From IMG/VR virus record IMGVR_UViG_3300018421_000020: a stretch of 64,000 nucleotides of DNA; one strand, written 5' to 3'. The notes below the pieces were generated by a model that was not told where the DNA came from, searched no databases, and saw only the letters and a list, made by a program, of their open reading frames with translations. The DNA is from an uncultured virus (IMG/VR IMGVR_UViG_3300018421_000020). Taxonomy: Duplodnaviria > Heunggongvirae > Uroviricota > Caudoviricetes. The position numbers were made by a program, and so were the translations under genes. Shown here piece after piece: positions 35,871-44,462 of this stretch (position 1 is the first letter of the stretch; each line of letters opens with the position of its first letter).

Positions 35871-37036
35871 TAGACTGTAGTATCAGTTGTGGATGCAATA
35901 GAACCGAAGGGATTACCCTCAGTGAAGTCAAGAATATCATCATCCTCAGTCTCAAAACTGTAGTTCTGATCGTAAGTAGAATTCGTATTATTTAGTGTGT
36001 TATAAGACTCAGGACTCCATCTAGCACCAGAAGTCTGTCCAGTTACTGTTGATGCCGTGTTGAACACTCCAGTTCTGTTAATCACTTGGAGTTCTCTAGT
36101 GGAATTGTTCCAGGTCTTGACTTCTGCCCTAGTGTCTTTTGGCGAATAATCAATCGTGACAGTAGGTGCAGAAGTATAACCCGACCCACCGCTAGTGACA
36201 GTAATACCAGTAACAATCCCTGCAGAACTAACCGTCGCAGTTGCTGTAGCATTAGAACCACCTCCACCTGTTATAGTTACAGTTGGCGGCAAACTAGAGT
36301 TGTAATATTCTCCCCCATCAGTAACTGTAATTGCATCAACTGCATCACCACTAATAGTTGCTGTAGCAGTTGCGAGATACAAATCACCTACAACTTCTTC
36401 ACCGACAGTAAAGTCCCCTGTACCACCAGGATCCATGACGAGTTTGATTGCGTTGGCAAACGCAGTTTCAATAGCGTCAATCTCAGCAACACCAGTATCA
36501 ATCTCTTCGTCGCTGTATTCAAACAGTTCGCACTGACATTCCCAAACATATCCCTTTCCAAGTTGATAGAAAGGACGTTCAACCTCTACAAACTTAATCT
36601 CAAACAAATGTTTAGTTATGGGGAACCAAATTAAGTCCCCCTCATTAGGACGACCCTCTACATTGAGCGTCGCATTGTCGTCCACCTTTTCTGCAAACTT
36701 TGAACGGGAGAATATAAACGTTGTTTTATCTTCAATCCGAATTCCAAACTTGCTAAGTAACTCGCCTTGTCCTTCCCATCCTTCAACATTATTGACGTAG
36801 GCTCGGATCGCAAGTGCTTGATTAAACTCTGAACTTTCAACCTCATTGAGGATAGTGTCTTTATTGACATAGGTTCTAGGGAGGTAGTAGATATTTTGTC
36901 CATAGATTTCAATGCTTTCAATAATTAAATTTTCCATGAACTTCTGCTCTTGAGCAGATCCATTCAAGTTTATTCTACAGGCAGAAGTATAATCTGACTG
37001 TACGCAATCTGACGGAGTTGGATTAGAATATGTCAT
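35870..37036 (-). CDS. g14: Neck protein gp14 with inserted beta-rich domain
   Basis: IYYLPR, LLSKFG, RPNEGDLIWFP, FEIKFVE...FYQLGK, CELFEYSDE, DFTEGNPFG. Confidence 0.94.
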   Translation of the reverse strand: MTYSNPTPSDCVQSDYTSACRINLNGSAQEQKFMENLIIESIEIYGQNIYYLPRTYVNKDTILNEVESSEFNQALAIRAYVNNVEGWEGQGELLSKFGIRIEDKTTFIFSRSKFAEKVDDNATLNVEGRPNEGDLIWFPITKHLFEIKFVEVERPFYQLGKGYVWECQCELFEYSDEEIDTGVAEIDAIETAFANAIKLVMDPGGTGDFTVGEEVVGDLYLATATATISGDAVDAITVTDGGEYYNSSLPPTVTITGGGGSNATATATVSSAGIVTGITVTSGGSGYTSAPTVTIDYSPKDTRAEVKTWNNSTRELQVINRTGVFNTASTVTGQTSGARWSPESYNTLNNTNSTYDQNYSFETEDDDILDFTEGNPFGSIASTTDTTV

Positions 37037-37037
37037 A

Positions 37038-37844
37038 TTAACCTATGAGATCCATTGGGGGAAGTTCATACTCTTTACGGATTCCCTCTTCCAAGTCTTT
37101 TTTGAATTGACTTGCATCCTCAAGGATCTGCCGACCATTGAGTGTTACACCGCCGAGCATCTGAATACCATCATACTTACTGAGGTTGCGACCCCATTGC
37201 TGTTGGAACAATGCCTCAACATAGTCTTTCAACCAGTTATCATTGTATGCACTGGTGAATACCTCAGGATCCGTTCTCATGGTGCAGTCAACCATAATAT
37301 AATCGCCAGTCTGCAGTTCATCCCATGAGAAGTCAAGATGAAGTCTGTTCTCTACTTTGTTGAATCTAATTCTCCTGTGAGCGCGTGAATTAGTTACCCA
37401 ATCCAAGGTTTCTAGATACTGCGAAACCATGAAGTAGTGCAAGATCTGACTATTAGTAAACGAGTAGATATCGTTCAGAAAGATTTGATACTTAATGTTG
37501 AACATGTTTGCAGGAACTACGCTGCTGCTAGAGAGATTAGCGTATACCTGATTTACTCCCATGACATTGGGAGGAAGATCCACACTTAAATTGTTTTGAT
37601 ACCAATCGCCATTGTTAAGTTGAGTGCTACCCTGAGCAGCAGTCTTAATGGCGTCGGTAACCTGAATCTTGATTAGTTGAGTATTAGATCCGTCGTAATG
37701 ATACTCCTGCCAGAAGTCAATCGCTTCATCAATCAAATCATCTAGTTGCTCGTCGCACACATTGATGTCAATGGCAGGATATCCCAACCTACGGAGGGCA
37801 TATGCCTTTAGTTCGGCTTTACTAGCTGGTTTTGTTGCTGACAT
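37038..37844 (-). CDS. g13: Neck protein gp13
   Basis: YALRRLGYPAIDINV, EYHYDG, QQWGRNLSKY, GGVTLNG. Confidence 0.96.
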   Translation of the reverse strand: MSATKPASKAELKAYALRRLGYPAIDINVCDEQLDDLIDEAIDFWQEYHYDGSNTQLIKIQVTDAIKTAAQGSTQLNNGDWYQNNLSVDLPPNVMGVNQVYANLSSSSVVPANMFNIKYQIFLNDIYSFTNSQILHYFMVSQYLETLDWVTNSRAHRRIRFNKVENRLHLDFSWDELQTGDYIMVDCTMRTDPEVFTSAYNDNWLKDYVEALFQQQWGRNLSKYDGIQMLGGVTLNGRQILEDASQFKKDLEEGIRKEYELPPMDLIG

Positions 37845-37850
37845 TTGTTA

Positions 37851-40800
37851 TCAGGAGAATGAAGTGATTGTGAGAGTCGTAACATCATTTGCACCAACGA
37901 CTTCTCCAACTTTGAAGAATCCGTCAACATTATCAATAGTGACCGAAGTTTCAGTAAGAGCAGTGATGACACCCGTAGATCCACTGGTGCTACCAGTCAA
38001 GGTTGCTCCGACTTCCATTGCAGTAATATCTGCCAGAGTGAAGGTTGCATTTTCAAAGACAGTCGCAACATCAATAGTTGCAGACTGACCACCACCAGCA
38101 ATTGTAATTGTATCGCCAGGTGCATAACCACTACCAGCATTGGAGACAACTACGTTAGTAATTACACCAGAAGATGCAGTGATATTAACAGTCAGATTAG
38201 TTCCACTTCCAGTAGTAGTGGTAGCAACGTTGTTTGCAGTAGCATAACCAGTACCACCACTCAAGGTTGCAAAGTTAAACGATGCAACGCCACCTGCATT
38301 AGGGTTGACAATGGTAATAGTGTCATTGATGGCATATTGAGAACCTGCCTGGTTGATAGCAAGTCCAGTAATTGCGCCATTAGTAGTGGTAGTATTAACT
38401 GACAATCCAGTACCAGAACCACCAGTAGTAGCAACGTTAGTGCCGTTGGTATATCCTCCAAGTCCATTATTGGTAATAGATCCCAGAGTTACAACAACAC
38501 CAGGAGTCGGGTCACCGTTAAGATTAAGGGTAAGAGTGGTTGCGGTGGACAGATTGTTCAGCATTGCACTGAGTTGTGCAAATGCATTGTCAAGTTTGTC
38601 CTGAACTCTTTGTTCGGTGTAGTAGAGATTGCCACCTTCAGCAAGATCATCGGTGTCATGGTTGCTGAGAGTGGAAACTGTACCAGTAACATTACCAGTA
38701 AGATCGCCAGTAACATTACCAGTAAGATCAGCAGTAACACCACCAGTTACAGTAAGAACATTGGTGCCAGTGTGGAACTTCATGCCAGAATCTGCTCTCA
38801 GAGCAGAAGTACCAGATCCGACAGAGTTGGCAACAATGCCGACGAAGTAGTCGCCAACACTACCAGACTGACTTACCGAAACGGTAGTGGCGTTGCCCGT
38901 CACATTACCAGTGAGGTTACCCGTGACGTTACCAGTAAGATCACCAGTGACATCACCAGTAACATTACCGAGAAGATTTCCAGTAACATCACCAGTAACA
39001 TTACCAGTGAGGTTACCCGTGACGTTACCAGTTACATTACCAGTGAGATCTGAAGCGACCTTATCAACAGTAAGAGTCCAGTCAGGGTTGCTGTAGGAGA
39101 GAACTACGTTGTTGTTGGCAAAGATAGTTCTTCCAGAGGTTGCACCATATCCACTGAACGATGCGAGATACATGGTGGTTCCACCACCGCTGCCAGTGCT
39201 AACTGCAGTTGCGTTAGATGCGTTACCAGTCAGGTTACCAGTGACGTTACCAGTCAAAGTTGCAGTGATTGTTCCAGCAGAGAAGTTGCCAGATCCATCG
39301 CGAATGACAAGGTTGTTTGCAGCGTTTGTGCTAGAAGAAGCAATGGAGATAGTCGGATTGCCGCTAACGCCATCAGCATTAGAAACACCAATACCAGAAC
39401 CAGAAACTACAACCTGTCTCTGTGCATATACACCAGTTGCAGTTCTAGCAACCAAACCAGTACCAGTCTGAGCAGCAAGAGCAGTAATATCAGAGTCATT
39501 AAAGACGGTCGTGATAGTTACATTAGAACTGCCGTTGAACGATACGCTTCCATCAACAACACCATCAACAGTAATTGTTCTGGCAGTGCGGAGAGCGTCG
39601 GCAGTAGTTGCGTTACCTTGAATACCTGCGTTACCACCGATACCGTTGTTGACAGTGATCTGGTTAGCAGAGAAATTACCAGAGTTTCTAGTAACAACAC
39701 TGTTGCCAGTAGTATCGGTACTGCTGGTATCCAGACCATCAAGGAGATCGGCATTAAGGTTGTTGACCTTAGAGGTAGAGTTGATGATCAGAGGAGAACC
39801 AGAAGTGACGTTACTGGTAATCTGACCGTCAACTGTCAGGGTGCCATCAATGTTGGCATTAGCGTCAACGTCAAGGGCAGTTCCTGTAGAAGTCAGTCGC
39901 AGTGAACCTGCCTGCAGAGCAGCATCAGTACCACTGAAGACTTCGGAATTATTAGTTGCGTCTCTAAGGAAACGGAAGACTTCCAGGTTGTTATCCCAAC
40001 CATAGAAACCAAGTCTTGCCTGGGTATCGTAGTATCTGAACTCAACACCACGGTCCTTATTATCGTCACTAGAAGGAGCAGTGTCACCACCAAGAGTGAT
40101 AATAGGATCATCAATGGTTACGACCGTGGAGTTTACAGTGGTCGTGGTTCCGTTAACGGTGAGGTCTCCACCGATAACCATGTTATTTCTCAGTTCAGCG
40201 TTACCAGTGGAAACGTCAACAAAGAAGCTATTGACTGCACCAGCGTTATCGTAGACAACAAAGTCGCCACCAACGTACTGATTCTTTGTAATTCTTGCAC
40301 CACCATCAACAGTAAATGCTACGTTACTATCAGCAAACGAGGTAACATCCTGAGTATTCGTGATGCTAACCTTACCGCTGAATCCAGTATTACCAGACTG
40401 AGTGGTGGCACCAGTAATCTCAATGTCACCAAAGACTCGCAGATCGCCGCCGATAGCAACGTTACGATCAAAACCAGCACCAGGGGCACAACGGAAACCA
40501 CCGTCTGCACCATAGGTTCCAGTCAAAGTTTGCTGAGTAGTGCTCTCAAGAGTGGTGATACCAGCAACGTTGAGAGTATTGTTAAGGTCAACAGCATTGG
40601 CAACAGTCAGAGTACCAATAATATTGGTGTTGCCGTTGTCAGAATCAACGCTGAACTTGGTGACTTGAGATCCGTTCTGGATGAACAGTCCTTCGTTAGC
40701 AGAATTGATGTAGATGCTATCTTCAACCAAAAGTTGACCGCCAATGTTCGCTCTCTTCGCCAAAGACAAACCACCAGCGACATACAGAGCAGCAGAAGTG

Positions 40801-43800
40801 TTAGTAACACCAGTAGAGTCTGCACTATCCAGGATACGAACAATATCTGAGAAGTTGGTAGTGCCGTTAGTTACCGAGAAACCATTGTTGATAGTCAGAA
40901 GACCTTCAATTTCAGTAGCACCATCTGCAGATGCGACAGTAAACTTATCTACACCACCAGAAGTTCTAACTGCAAAGTTGGCGTCAATATCAACCGTGCC
41001 ATTAAACTCGGAGTTCGCTTGGACAGTAAGAGTGTCGCTAGTAGAATCACCGAGAGTAACATTTCCGTTAGAGAACAGATCACGGTAGAATCTTACATCA
41101 CCGTGAACGTCAAGAGTGCCAATAGCATTGGTGCCCTGACCAGAGCGACCAATAGTCGTGTTACCAGACTCACCGAGAACTTGGAACTCAACAGTATCGC
41201 CGTTGTTTACCTTACCAATGTAGAGATCATCACCAATGTGTAGATCGGTTGCAATACCAGCACCACCATAAACTCTCAGGTTAGAGGTATCATCTGTTGC
41301 ATAAGAAGGAGTATATGCTGCTCTTGTACCTGTACGGAACTTATAACGAACTTCCAAGTAGTTCTGTCTGTTATAGTTCGCTGTCGTATCTTCCTTCTGT
41401 ACGATTTGACCGTTGATGAATACATCACTATTAAACATGAAGTTGCCTTCAATGTATCCACCACCATCAAATCGGAATGCACCGTAGTCACTATTCTGAA
41501 TTTCGTAGAGACCAGTAGATTGATTCAGAGCAATTTGGGGTTCTGCAGTGCTCTCAAGGTAAGTAAAATCCGAAACATTCAAGGTGTTGTTCAGATCAAG
41601 ACCACCCGTTAGAGTAGTTCCTCCAGTAACACCCAGAGTGCCAGCAATAAGGGTATTACCAGAAGCAGAAGCAACATTGAATTTATTTGTATTGACGTTA
41701 AGGTCGTTAGTGATATCTACAACGCCATAGAAAGATGCGTTACCAGTCGTAGATTGCAGTTCAATACGAGTGGTTCCACTACCATTATTAAGTTGCAGAG
41801 TCTTAGAAGCACCTTGGATGACCATGTTGTCATCAAAGCGAGAGGTGCTATGGACACGCAGAGTGCTGTCAATGTCAACCAAACCACCGATGTTAACATC
41901 CTGAGTGATGCCGACACCACCAGCGACTACCAAGTCACCAGTCGTATTAGAAGTGGAATTGGTGTTAGTTGTGAGTTTCAGGTTACCTGCCAGGAGACCC
42001 GCGTCAGTACCGCTGAAAACTTCGGAACTATTCGTGGCATCATACAGGAACGAGAACCCACCTACATGCCCTGCTAGGTCGGTGTAGGAGTCATCGTAAC
42101 CATAGAAACCAAGCTTAGCAGCAGTATCATAGTATTTGAACTCAATACCACGATCTAGGTTGTCGTCAACGGTAGGAGTTTGATCTCCACCCAAAGTAAA
42201 TACAGGATCGTCAATCGTGACGGTCGTTGAATTGACAGTCGTCGTGGTGCCATCAACTTGGAGGTCACCCCAGACACGAACCAAACCAGTTACAGCACGG
42301 TCATCACCAGGATCCAAATGCATCGTGGTCTTGGCGGTGGCGATGTAGTTATCTTGGAATCTTGAGTCCTCTACATGGACTTTACCATTTGCATCCGATG
42401 CCTGAATATTTACCTTATCTTCGGATACGATATTGATAGTAGAAGTACCAGCACCAGAGTTAGTTGCACGAATGCTGAGTGCTCTACCAGATGCACTATT
42501 TTGAGTTGTTTGGAAAGTTAGGTCGCCATCCCCAGTCTTATCCAGTGTCTGAGCAACAACTCCGTCAAGAGTAATGTCAGGATCAGAAAAATAGGAACGG
42601 ACATTGACATCAATCTCACCAGCGCCACCGTCGCCTGTATTATTAGCGCCAAACAGAAGATTGCCGCTCGTATCATTAACTTTGACGTAGTTAAGATAAT
42701 TGAATCCTCGGTATCCAGTGGTGCTAGTAAGTTCCTGATCAAGTTCAAAATCTTCTTTTGTATTTCCATCAGCAAAAGAGATTCTATTATTTTGTAATTG
42801 AGTATTGTCTACACCGAGGGCGGCGATGGTAACGTGCCCGTTGCTGTCAACGTCAAAATCTTCCTGTGCAAACGAGGCAAGTCCTTTCTGTTCCGTCGCG
42901 GCGGCAGCGAGGTAGCGCCAAGACCCAGCATCGGAGGAATCAGTGTGAGAAGGAGCACCTTGACCTGCAGTGATGTCAGCAATCGCTTGATAAACATTTC
43001 CTCCTTCTTCAATTATGTCATATCTATTATATGCAGTGGCACCCGAGTATGCGGGATACTTACTACCTTCTCTGGCGGTAGCAATAGGAATAGTCAGAGC
43101 AGAAGTAAAACGACCATACTGATCAACAGTATATCTGGTGGAGTTTACAGTTCTGTTTGCTGCTTCGGGGAGGTTATCACCACCAACAGAAATCAGCGAA
43201 GGAATATTAAATTGACCTGCAGAATTCGTCCACTCAGTTTCTAGAGCGATCGTAGTATCAATAAGGTCAAGAGTTGGGTTACCAGCAACAGCGTTGCCGT
43301 TTACAACTGAAATCCTACCAGAAGAACCCTGAATGGATCTGGTAAGCATATTACCAGGAGACGATCTGGTCACAATACCAGTAGTCGTCAGGTTTGCAAT
43401 AGCGGTAAGGTCGGAGTCTAGAGGTTGAACGTCAGTCAGACCCAAATCTACATAAGAAGAGGGTTGTGAACCAGTAGTGATCCTACCCTTTGCGTCAACC
43501 GTTACCTTAGTATATTGACCACTAGAAGTGGTTGTGCCATCGTAGTGTGGCAGGGAAATGAGAGTTTGAAGTGCTGCAGCAAGAGACAAGTTCTGCGAAC
43601 CGTCAAATGTACCAGAACCAGAGAGGTCGCCAGACATTTGAATCTGACGAGGGTTGGCGAGACGGGATGCAGTTGCAGCATTACCAATTAGAGTTGCAGT
43701 GATGGCACCAGCAGAGAAGTTACCGTCAGCATCTCTAGATACGAGAGTATTTGCCGTGTTGGCAACAGACTCAATAGGTCGCTCATATGGGAGTGTGTTC

Positions 43801-43934
43801 CATCCCCTGACACCATCACCGATCTTGAATCGGTTGGTATCAAGTTCAATGCCTAATTCGCCTTGGGCTAGGGTTGGGTTTTCGTTAGCCCATTCCTGAG
43901 CACCACCGCGTCTAAGTTGAATTCTATTTGCCAT
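37851..43934 (-). CDS. 2027-aa fibre protein (Mtd-N/hyaluronidase-like N-terminus, GNVT repeats), at the wac-like position
   Basis: RIQLRRG...NPTLAQGELGIELDT..FKIGDG...WN.LPY; G(N/D)(V/L)T arrays; directly upstream of g13. Confidence 0.85.
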   Translation of the reverse strand: MANRIQLRRGGAQEWANENPTLAQGELGIELDTNRFKIGDGVRGWNTLPYERPIESVANTANTLVSRDADGNFSAGAITATLIGNAATASRLANPRQIQMSGDLSGSGTFDGSQNLSLAAALQTLISLPHYDGTTTSSGQYTKVTVDAKGRITTGSQPSSYVDLGLTDVQPLDSDLTAIANLTTTGIVTRSSPGNMLTRSIQGSSGRISVVNGNAVAGNPTLDLIDTTIALETEWTNSAGQFNIPSLISVGGDNLPEAANRTVNSTRYTVDQYGRFTSALTIPIATAREGSKYPAYSGATAYNRYDIIEEGGNVYQAIADITAGQGAPSHTDSSDAGSWRYLAAAATEQKGLASFAQEDFDVDSNGHVTIAALGVDNTQLQNNRISFADGNTKEDFELDQELTSTTGYRGFNYLNYVKVNDTSGNLLFGANNTGDGGAGEIDVNVRSYFSDPDITLDGVVAQTLDKTGDGDLTFQTTQNSASGRALSIRATNSGAGTSTINIVSEDKVNIQASDANGKVHVEDSRFQDNYIATAKTTMHLDPGDDRAVTGLVRVWGDLQVDGTTTTVNSTTVTIDDPVFTLGGDQTPTVDDNLDRGIEFKYYDTAAKLGFYGYDDSYTDLAGHVGGFSFLYDATNSSEVFSGTDAGLLAGNLKLTTNTNSTSNTTGDLVVAGGVGITQDVNIGGLVDIDSTLRVHSTSRFDDNMVIQGASKTLQLNNGSGTTRIELQSTTGNASFYGVVDITNDLNVNTNKFNVASASGNTLIAGTLGVTGGTTLTGGLDLNNTLNVSDFTYLESTAEPQIALNQSTGLYEIQNSDYGAFRFDGGGYIEGNFMFNSDVFINGQIVQKEDTTANYNRQNYLEVRYKFRTGTRAAYTPSYATDDTSNLRVYGGAGIATDLHIGDDLYIGKVNNGDTVEFQVLGESGNTTIGRSGQGTNAIGTLDVHGDVRFYRDLFSNGNVTLGDSTSDTLTVQANSEFNGTVDIDANFAVRTSGGVDKFTVASADGATEIEGLLTINNGFSVTNGTTNFSDIVRILDSADSTGVTNTSAALYVAGGLSLAKRANIGGQLLVEDSIYINSANEGLFIQNGSQVTKFSVDSDNGNTNIIGTLTVANAVDLNNTLNVAGITTLESTTQQTLTGTYGADGGFRCAPGAGFDRNVAIGGDLRVFGDIEITGATTQSGNTGFSGKVSITNTQDVTSFADSNVAFTVDGGARITKNQYVGGDFVVYDNAGAVNSFFVDVSTGNAELRNNMVIGGDLTVNGTTTTVNSTVVTIDDPIITLGGDTAPSSDDNKDRGVEFRYYDTQARLGFYGWDNNLEVFRFLRDATNNSEVFSGTDAALQAGSLRLTSTGTALDVDANANIDGTLTVDGQITSNVTSGSPLIINSTSKVNNLNADLLDGLDTSSTDTTGNSVVTRNSGNFSANQITVNNGIGGNAGIQGNATTADALRTARTITVDGVVDGSVSFNGSSNVTITTVFNDSDITALAAQTGTGLVARTATGVYAQRQVVVSGSGIGVSNADGVSGNPTISIASSSTNAANNLVIRDGSGNFSAGTITATLTGNVTGNLTGNASNATAVSTGSGGGTTMYLASFSGYGATSGRTIFANNNVVLSYSNPDWTLTVDKVASDLTGNVTGNVTGNLTGNVTGDVTGNLLGNVTGDVTGDLTGNVTGNLTGNVTGNATTVSVSQSGSVGDYFVGIVANSVGSGTSALRADSGMKFHTGTNVLTVTGGVTADLTGNVTGDLTGNVTGTVSTLSNHDTDDLAEGGNLYYTEQRVQDKLDNAFAQLSAMLNNLSTATTLTLNLNGDPTPGVVVTLGSITNNGLGGYTNGTNVATTGGSGTGLSVNTTTTNGAITGLAINQAGSQYAINDTITIVNPNAGGVASFNFATLSGGTGYATANNVATTTTGSGTNLTVNITASSGVITNVVVSNAGSGYAPGDTITIAGGGQSATIDVATVFENATFTLADITAMEVGATLTGSTSGSTGVITALTETSVTIDNVDGFFKVGEVVGANDVTTLTITSFS
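38677..39260 (-). repeat. 12-bp period G(N/D)(V/L)T coding repeats, including an exact 35-bp duplication
   Basis: acattaccagtgaggttacccgtgacgttaccagt at 38902-38936 and 38998-39032. Confidence 0.85.
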
Positions 43935-43972
43935 CTCTTATATAGGGAACGGTGCAGGTACTGTCTCAAGAG

Positions 43973-43980
43973 TATTTATA
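43973..43980 (-). promoter_or_regulatory. Late promoter TATAAATA for the fibre gene
   Basis: Perfect consensus just after the terminator. Confidence 0.8.
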
Positions 43981-43984
43981 AATG

Positions 43985-44008
43985 AAAAAAGGGGGTCTTA
44001 GGACCCCC
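43985..44008 (-). terminator. Rho-independent terminator
   Basis: GGGGGTC-CTAA-GACCCCC-TTTTTT on minus. Confidence 0.88.
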
Positions 44009-44014
44009 CTCAGA

Positions 44015-44224
44015 TCATTCTGCCTCAACCCCTTCGGTTACGTCGGGGGATTCGGGAGGCTCTTGAATGTAATAATTGAGAGTTTCCATGGCACCTTGCA
44101 GTTTCAGTGCTTGGATCTCGTTTTGTTTGATTTGCTCTGAGAGTTTGTTGTTTTCGGCAATCAGAACATTATAACGTTCCTGAAACTGCGTCAGGAGTTC
44201 CTCTTGTGATACCTTTTCAGTCAT
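44015..44224 (-). CDS. Small coiled-coil protein
   Basis: Heptads ending in ALKLQGAMETL; ATGA overlap. Confidence 0.75.
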   Translation of the reverse strand: MTEKVSQEELLTQFQERYNVLIAENNKLSEQIKQNEIQALKLQGAMETLNYYIQEPPESPDVTEGVEAE

Positions 44225-44460
44225 GATTCTTTTTTCAGTAGTAGTTGCAGGAGCTGCTTAATGTCACTCACATCAGATTTTAGCGTATCAACGTCACTTT
44301 GTAAAGCTTGATCGGTCTCCTTCTTTTTTTGGCGAGCATTGTACTTCGCCATATAATCCTCATACGCACTTTTGTCACAATTGACAATGGCATTTGAGTT
44401 TGGGTCACGAAACCATCCATCGTGACCCTCAACAGGAATTAGATCTTTATTTGGATCCAT
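44221..44460 (-). CDS. Small conserved hypothetical protein with C-terminal coiled coil
   Basis: VEGHDGWFRDP.SNAIVN...LKSDVSDIKQLL. Confidence 0.8.
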   Translation of the reverse strand: MDPNKDLIPVEGHDGWFRDPNSNAIVNCDKSAYEDYMAKYNARQKKKETDQALQSDVDTLKSDVSDIKQLLQLLLKKES

Positions 44461-44462
44461 AA

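Noticed and set aside
38677..39260. Repeat array as a possible CRISPR
   Set aside because: In-frame degenerate 12-bp coding repeats without unique spacers; no cas genes
43780..43934. Mtd-like N-terminus suggesting a diversity-generating retroelement
   Set aside because: No reverse transcriptase and no template/variable repeat pair differing at adenines seen; this N-terminal domain is a generic fibre anchor
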